DNA from: Eledone cirrhosa
Lineage: Eukaryota
Direction of reading: 5' to 3'
NCBI GenBank assembly: GCA_964016885.1
Contig: OZ024741.1
Span: 410,440,001 to 410,504,000, forward strand
DNA length: 64,000 bases
Part shown: in pieces, positions 56,601-64,000 of the stretch
Layout: each line of letters opens with the position of its first letter
Numbering within the stretch: position 1 is the first letter of the stretch
Program-made: the position numbers and the translations under genes
The notes under the pieces: generated by a model
The model's database searches: none
What the model was told of the DNA's origin: nothing
What the model saw: only the letters and a program-made list of their open reading frames with translations

Positions 56601-59600
56601 TGAGAAATCTCCACCTCTTCTAATTAAATCACCAGCAACTACCGGCTCTGAGCAACCTCTACTTCTGTGAATTAAATCACCAGCAACTACTGTCTATGAG
56701 GAGCCTAAACTTCTGTAAATTAAATGACCGGCAACTACTGTCTCTAAGCAACCTCCACCTCTACTAATTAAAATCACCAGCAAATACTGTCTCCGAGCAA
56801 CCTCCACATCTACTAATTAAATCACCAGCAACTACTGTCTCTGAGCAACCTCTACTTCTGTAAATTAAAACAGCAGAAACTACTGTCTCTAAGCAACCTA
56901 CATCTCTTCTAACGAAATCACCAGCAACTACTGTCTTTGAGCAACCTCTACTTCTGTAAATTAAATCACCAGCAACTGGTGTCTCTCAGCAACCTCCACG
57001 TCTTCAAATTAAATCACCAGCAACTACTGTCTCTAAGCAATCTCCACTTTTTATAATTAAATCACCAGCAACTACTGTCTCTGCGGGGCCTAAACTTCTG
57101 TAAATTAAATCACTAGCAACTACTGTCTCTGAGCAACCTCTATATCTGAAAATTAAATCACCATCAACTACTGCCGTTGAGCAACCTCTATTTCTGTAAA
57201 TTAAATCACCAGCAACTACTGTCTCTAAGCAACCTCCACCTTTACTAATTAAATCACCAGCAACAACTGTCTCTCAGCAAACTACACATTTACTAATTAA
57301 ATCAGCAGCAACCACTGTCTTTAAGCAAACCCCACCTTTACTAATTAAATCACCAGCAACTACTGTCTCTACGCAACCTTCAACTTTACTAATTAATTCA
57401 CCAGCAACTACTGTCTCTAAGTAACCTCCACCTTTACTAATTAAATCACCAACAACCACTGCCTCTAAGTAACCCCCACCTTCACTAATTAAATAACAGC
57501 AACTACTGTCTCTGAGAAATCTCCACCTCTTCTAATTAAATCACCAGTAACTACTGTCTCTGAGCAACCTCCACCTCTTCTAATTAAATCAGCAGCAACT
57601 ACTGTCTCTGAGGAGCCTAAACTTCTGTAAATTAAATCACCAGCAACTACAGTCTCTGAGCAACCTCTACTTCTGTAAATTAAATCCCCTGCAACTACTG
57701 TCTATGAGGAGCCTAAACTTCTGTAAATTAAATCACCGGCAACTAATGTCTCTAAGCAACCTCCACCTCTACTAATTAAAATCACCAGCAACTACTGTCT
57801 CCGAGCAACCTCCACATCTACTAATTAAATCACCAGCAACTACTGTCTCTAAGCAACCTCTACCTCTACTAATTAAATCACCAGCAACTACTGTCTCTGA
57901 GCAACCTCCTCCTATTCTAATTAAATCAGCAGCAACCACTGTCTTTAATCAACCCAGACCTTTACTAATTAAATCACCAGCAACTACTGTCTCTAAGCAA
58001 CCTCCACCTCTACTAATTGAATCACCAGCAACTACTGTCTCTGAGGAGGCTCTACTTCTGTAAATTAAATCACCAACAACTACTGTCTCAAAGCAACCTA
58101 CACCTCTTCTAATTAAATCCCCAGCAACTACTGTCTCTGAGAACCCTCTACTTCTGTAAATTAAATCAACAGCAACTACAGTCTCTGAGCATCCTCTACT
58201 TCTGTAAATTAAATCACCAGCAACTTCTGCCTCTGAGCAACCTCTACTTCTGTAAGTGAAATCACCAGCAACTAGTCTGTGAGGAGCCTCTATTTCTGTA
58301 CGTTAAATCACCAGCAACTACTGTCTCTAAGCAACCTCCACCTTTGCTAATTAAATCACCAGCAACTACTGTCTCTATGCAACCTCCACCTTTACTAATT
58401 AAATCACCAACAACCACTGCTTCTAAGCAACCCCCACCTTTACTAATTAAATCACCAGCAGCTACTGTCTCTAAGCAACCCCCACCTTTACTAATTAAAT
58501 AACAGCAACTACTGTCTCTGAGAAATCTCCACCTCTTCTAATTAAATCACCAGTAACTACTGTCTCTGAGCAACCTCCACCTCTTCTAATTAAATCAGCA
58601 GCAACTACTGTCTCTGAGGAGCCTAAACTTCTGTAAATTAAATCACCGGCAACTACTGTTTCTAAGCAACCCCCACCTTTACTAATTAAATAACAGCAAC
58701 TACTGTCTCTGAGAAATCTCCACCTCTTCTAATTAAATCACCAGCAACTACCGGCTCTGAGCAACCTCTACTTCTGTGAATTAAATCACCAGCAACTACT
58801 GTCTATGAGGAGCCTAAACTTCTGTAAATTAAATGACCGGCAACTACTGTCTCTAAGCAACCTCCACCTCTACTAATTAAAATCACCAGCAAATACTGTC
58901 TCCGAGCAACCTCCACATCTACTAATTAAATCACCAGCAACTACTGTCTCTGAGCAACCTCTACTTCTGTAAATTAAAACAGCAGAAACTACTGTCTCTA
59001 AGCAACCTACATCTCTTCTAACGAAATCACCAGCAACTACTGTCTTTGAGCAACCTCTACTTCTGTAAATTAAATCACCAGCAACTGGTGTCTCTCAGCA
59101 ACCTCCACGTCTTCAAATTAAATCACCAGCAACTACTGTCTCTAAGCAATCTCCACTTTTTATAATTAAATCACCAGCAACTACTGTCTCTGCGGGGCCT
59201 AAACTTCTGTAAATTAAATCACTAGCAACTACTGTCTCTGAGCAACCTCTATATCTGAAAATTAAATCACCATCAACTACTGCCGTTGAGCAACCTCTAT
59301 TTCTGTAAATTAAATCACCAGCAACTACTGTCTCTAAGCAACCTCCACCTTTACTAATTAAATCACCAGCAACAACTGTCTCTCAGCAAACTACACATTT
59401 ACTAATTAAATCAGCAGCAACCACTGTCTTTAAGCAAACCCCACCTTTACTAATTAAATCACCAGCAACTACTGTCTCTACGCAACCTTCAACTTTACTA
59501 ATTAATTCACCAGCAACTACTGTCTCTAAGTAACCTCCACCTTTACTAATTAAATCACCAACAACCACTGCCTCTAAGTAACCCCCACCTTCACTAATTA

Positions 59601-59959
59601 AATAACAGCAACTACTGTCTCTGAGAAATCTCCACCTCTTCTAATTAAATCACCAGTAACTACTGTCTCTGAGCAACCTCCACCTCTTCTAATTAAATCA
59701 GCAGCAACTACTGTCTCTGAGGAGCCTAAACTTCTGTAAATTAAATCACCAGCAACTACAGTCTCTGAGCAACCTCTACTTCTGTAAATTAAATCCCCTG
59801 CAACTACTGTCTATGAGGAGCCTAAACTTCTGTAAATTAAATCACCGGCAACTAATGTCTCTAAGCAACCTCCACCTCTACTAATTAAAATCACCAGCAA
59901 CTACTGTCTCCGAGCAACCTCCACATCTACTAATTAAATCACCAGCAACTACTGTCTCT
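53680..59959. repeat. Higher-order repeat, period 2109 bp (44 monomers), 3 copies; first lacks two monomers
   Basis: Identical 61-aa translations at 55165, 57274 and 59383; marker CCCAGACC at about 53831, 55844 and 57953 (spacings 2013 and 2109). Confidence 0.93.
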
Positions 59960-62900
59960 GAGCAACCTCTACTTCTGTAAATTAAATCACCAGCAACTAC
60001 TGTCTTTGACCAACCTCTACATCTGTAACTTAAATCACCAGCAACTACTGTCTTTGACCAACCTCTACTTCTGTAAATTAAATCACCAGCAACTACTGTC
60101 TCTGAGCAACCTCTACTTCTGTAAATTAAATCACCAGCAACTACTGTCTCTGAGGAGCCACTATTTCTGTAAATTAAATCACCAGCAACTACTGTCTCTG
60201 AGGAGCCTTTATTTCTGTAAATTAAATCACCAGCAACTACTGTCTCTAAGCAACCTCTACCTCTACTAACTAAATCACCAGCAACAACTGTCTCTGAACA
60301 ACCTCAGCCTTTTCTAATTAAATCAGCAGCAACCACTGTCTCTAATCAACCCCCACCTTTACTAATTAAATCACCAGCAACTACTGTCTCTGAGCACCCT
60401 CCACCTCTACTAATTAAATCACCAGCAACTACTGTCTCTGAGGAGCCTCTACTTCTGTAATTTAAATCACCAGCAACTACTGTCTATGAGGAGCCTAAAC
60501 TTCTGTAAATTAAGTCACCGGCAACTACTGTCTCTAAGCAACCTCCACCTCTACTAATTAAAATCACCAGCAACTAATGTCTCCGAGCAATCTCCACATC
60601 TACTAATTAAATCACCAGCAACTAGTGTCTCTCAGCACCCTCCACTTTTTATAATTAAATCACCAGCAACTACTGTCTCTGACCAACCTCTACTTCTGTA
60701 AATTAAATCACCATAAACTACTACCTTTGAGCATCCTCTACTCCTGCAAATTAAATCAGCAGCAACTACTGTCTCTGAGCAACCTCTATTTCTGTAAATT
60801 AAATCACCAGCAACTACTGTCTCTAAGCAACCGCCACTTTTACTAATTAAATCACCAGCAACTACTGTCTCTCAGCAACCTCCACCTTTACTAATTAAAT
60901 CACCAGCAACCACTGTCTTTAAGCAAACCCCACCTTTACTAATTAAATCACCAGCAACTACTGTCTCTAAGCAACCTCCAACTTTACTAATTAAATCACC
61001 AGCAGCTACTGTCTCTAAGCAACCCCCACCTTTACTAATAAAATAACAGCAACTACTGTCTCTGAGAAATCTCCACCTCTTCTAATTAAATCACCAGTAA
61101 CTACTGTCTCTGAGCAACCTCCACCTCTTCTAATTTAATCAGCAGCAACTACTGTCTCTGAGGAGCCTAAACTTCTGTAAATTAAATCACCAGCAACTAC
61201 TGTCTCTGAGCAGCCTCTACTTCTGTAAATTAAATCACCAGCAACTAATGTCTATGAGGAGCCTAAACTTCTGTAAATTAAATCACCGGCAACTACTGTC
61301 TCTAAGCAAATTCCACCTCTACTAATTAAAATCACCAGCAACTACTGTCTCCGAGCAACCTCCACATCTACTAATTAAATCACCAGCGACTACTGTCTCT
61401 GAGCAACCTCTACTTCTATAAATTAAATCACCAGCAACTACTGTCTTTGACCAACGTCTACTTCTGTAAATTAAATCACCAGCAACTACTGTCTTTGACC
61501 AACCTCTATATCTGTAACTTAAATCACCAGCAACTACTGTCTTTGACCAACCTCTACTTCTGTAAATTAAATCACCAGCAACTACTGTCTCTGAGCAACC
61601 TCTACTTCTGTAAATTAAATCACCAGCAACTACTCTCTCTGAGGAGCCACTATTTCTGTAAATTAAATCACCAGCAACTACTGTCTCTGAGGAGCCTTTA
61701 TTTCTGTAAATTAAATCACCAGCAACTACTGTCTCTAAGCAACCTCTACCTCTACTATTTAAATCACCAGCAACAACTGTCTCTGAGCAACCTCCACCTT
61801 TTCTAATTAAATCAGCAGCAACCACTGTCTCTAATCAACCCCCACCTTTACTAATTAAATCACCAGCAACTACTGTCTATGAGGAGCCTAAACTTCTGTA
61901 AATTAAATGACCGGCAACTACTGTCTCTAAGCAACCTCCACCTCTACTAATTAAAATCACCAGCAAATACTGTCTCCGAGCAACCTCCACATCTACTAAT
62001 TAAATCACCAGCAACTACTGTCTCTGAGCAACCTCTACTTCTGTAAATTAAAACAGCAGAAACTACTGTCTCTAAGCAACCTACATCTCTTCTAACGAAA
62101 TCACCAGCAACTACTGTCTTTGAGCAACCTCTACTTCTGTAAATTAAATCACCAGCAACTGGTGTCTCTCAGCAACCTCCACGTCTTCAAATTAAATCAC
62201 CAGCAACTACTGTCTCTAAGCAATCTCCACTTTTTATAATTAAATCACCAGCAACTACTGTCTCTGCGGGGCCTAAACTTCTGTAAATTAAATCACTAGC
62301 AACTACTGTCTCTGAGCAACCTCTATATCTGAAAATTAAATCACCATCAACTACTGCCGTTGAGCAACCTCTATTTCTGTAAATTAAATCACCAGCAACT
62401 ACTGTCTCTAAGCAACCTCCACCTTTACTAATTAAATCACCAGCAACAACTGTCTCTCAGCAAACTACACATTTACTAATTAAATCAGCAGCAACCACTG
62501 TCTTTAAGCAAACCCCACCTTTACTAATTAAATCACCAGCAACTACTGTCTCTACGCAACCTTCAACTTTACTAATTAATTCACCAGCAACTACTGTCTC
62601 TAAGTAACCTCCACCTTTACTAATTAAATCACCAACAACCACTGCCTCTAAGTAACCCCCACCTTCACTAATTAAATAACAGCAACTACTGTCTCTGAGA
62701 AATCTCCACCTCTTCTAATTAAATCACCAGTAACTACTGTCTCTGAGCAACCTCCACCTCTTCTAATTAAATCAGCAGCAACTACTGTCTCTGAGGAGCC
62801 TAAACTTCTGTAAATTAAATCACCAGCAACTACAGTCTCTGAGCAACATCTACTTCTGTAAATTAAATCCCCTGCAACTACTGTCTATGAGGAGCCTAAA

Positions 62901-64000
62901 CTTCTGTAAATTAAATCACCGGCAACTAATGTCTCTAAGCAACCTCCACCTCTACTAATTAAAATCACCAGCAACTACTGTCTCCGAGCAACCTCCACAT
63001 CTACTAATTAAATCACCAGCAACTACTGTCTCTGAGCAACCTCTACTTCTGTAAATTAAATCACCAGCAACTACTGTCTTTGACCAACCTCTACATCTGT
63101 AACTTAAATCATCAGCAACTACTGTCTTTGACCAACCTCTACTTCTGTAAATTAAATCACCAGCAACTACTGTCTCTGAGCAACCTCTACTTCTGTAAAT
63201 TAAATCACCAGCAACTACTGTCTCTGAGGAGCCACTATTTCTGTAAATTAAATCACCAGCAACTACTGTCTCTGAGGAGCCTTTATTTCTGTAAATTAAA
63301 TCACCAGCAACTACTGTCTCTAAGCAACCTCTACCTCTACTAATTAAATCACCAGCAACAACTGTCTCTGAACAACCTCAGCCTTTTCTAATTAAATCAG
63401 CAGCAACCACTGTCTCTAATCAACCCCCACCTTTACTAATTAAATCACCAGCAACTACTGTCTCTGAGCACCCTCCACCTCTACTAATTAAATCACCAGC
63501 AACTACTGTCTCTGAGGAGCCTCTACTTCTGTAATTTAAATCACCAGCAACTACTGTCTATGAGGAGCCTAAACTTCTGTAAATTAAGTCACCGGCAACT
63601 ACTGTCTCTAAGCAACCTCCACCTCTACTAATTAAAATCACCAGCAACTAATGTCTCCGAGCAATCTCCACATCTACTAATTAAATCACCAGCAACTAGT
63701 GTCTCTCAGCACCCTCCACTTTTTATAATTAAATCACCAGCAACTACTGTCTCTGACCAACCTCTACTTCTGTAAATTAAATCACCATAAACTACTACCT
63801 TTGAGCATCCTCTACTCCTGCAAATTAAATCAGCAGCAACTACTGTCTCTGAGCAACCTCTATTTCTGTAAATTAAATCACCAGCAACTACTGTCTCTAA
63901 GCAACCGCCACTTTTACTAATTAAATCACCAGCAACTACTGTCTCTCAGCAACCTCCACCTTTACTAATTAAATCACCAGCAACCACTGTCTTTAAGCAA
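58780..64000. repeat. Higher-order tandem duplication, period 3074 bp (64 monomers); second copy runs off the window end
   Basis: ORF pairs 59383/62457 and 60006/63080 are offset 3074; marker AAATGACCGG at 58831 and 61905; CCATAAACTACTACCTTTG at about 60711 and 63785. Confidence 0.92.

Larger units (their letters stand above)
1..64000. repeat. 48-bp tandem satellite/minisatellite array, about 1,330 head-to-tail monomers, extending beyond both window edges
   Basis: AATTAAATCACCAGCAACTACTGTCT recurs every 48 bp (occasional 46-49 bp units) from first to last line in one orientation; the ORF track shows only 16-aa periodic peptides (ETVVAGDLIYRSRGCS on -, LSNLYFCKLNHQQLLS on +). Confidence 0.99.

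Noticed and set aside
1197-62642. Minus-strand ORFs as protein-coding genes
   Set aside because: Pure translations of the monomer, broken by frameshifts and stops, with arbitrary starts, no unique domains and mostly non-synonymous variation.
1754-63343. Plus-strand Leu-rich ORFs as LRR or zinc-finger genes
   Set aside because: The 16-aa period does not fit LRR (20-30 aa) or C2H2 spacing, and in the standard code a major monomer class carries an in-frame TAA. Kept only as a speculative finding.
1-64000. CRISPR array (constant 26 bp plus variable 22 bp)
   Set aside because: The variable parts are homologous to one another and reused hundreds of times, not unique spacers; there is no leader and no cas gene.
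1-64000. TIGR-like or other guide-RNA array
   Set aside because: The period is 48 bp, not the typical 36 nt; variable segments have very low diversity; I recognised no box C/D arrangement and no associated protein gene.
1-64000. AGGAG/GAGGAG as Shine-Dalgarno sites and AT-rich motifs as promoters
   Set aside because: They are parts of monomer variants repeated hundreds of times with no downstream gene.
1-64000. Nucleosome-phasing design (3x48=144, 4x48=192)
   Set aside because: A numerical coincidence; there is no array-wide 3-mer or 4-mer periodicity of variant types and it cannot be tested from sequence alone.
1-64000. Assignment to a named satellite family, centromere, telomere or organism
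   Set aside because: I do not recognise the monomer and see no telomeric motif or CENP-B box; a BLAST/Dfam/Repbase search would be needed.

Overview
The whole 64-kb window is one head-to-tail tandem array of a 48-bp monomer (about 1,330 copies), consensus AATTAAATCACCAGCAACTACTGTCTCTGAGCAACCTCTACTTCTGTA (about 40% GC, G-poor on the + strand, no CpG). I saw no unique sequence, inversion, transposon insertion or RNA gene. Each monomer has a near-invariant ~26-bp core and a ~22-bp tail drawn from a few discrete variant types. The variant order reveals a succession of local multi-kb higher-order duplications (periods 5998/6525, 575, 4029, 2401-3362, 2785, 1441, 2109 and 3074 bp, all within 3 bp of a multiple of 48). 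A TTGACCAAAC subfamily occupies the centre (about 11.8-37.4 kb). One register-breaking junction (deletion plus 18-bp templated duplication) lies at about 51.8 kb. All listed ORFs are translations of the monomer (48 = 16 codons) and I call none of them a gene. The best reading is eukaryotic-type satellite/minisatellite DNA; I cannot identify the organism or the repeat family. Breakpoint coordinates are approximate because junctions fall inside shared monomer sequence.
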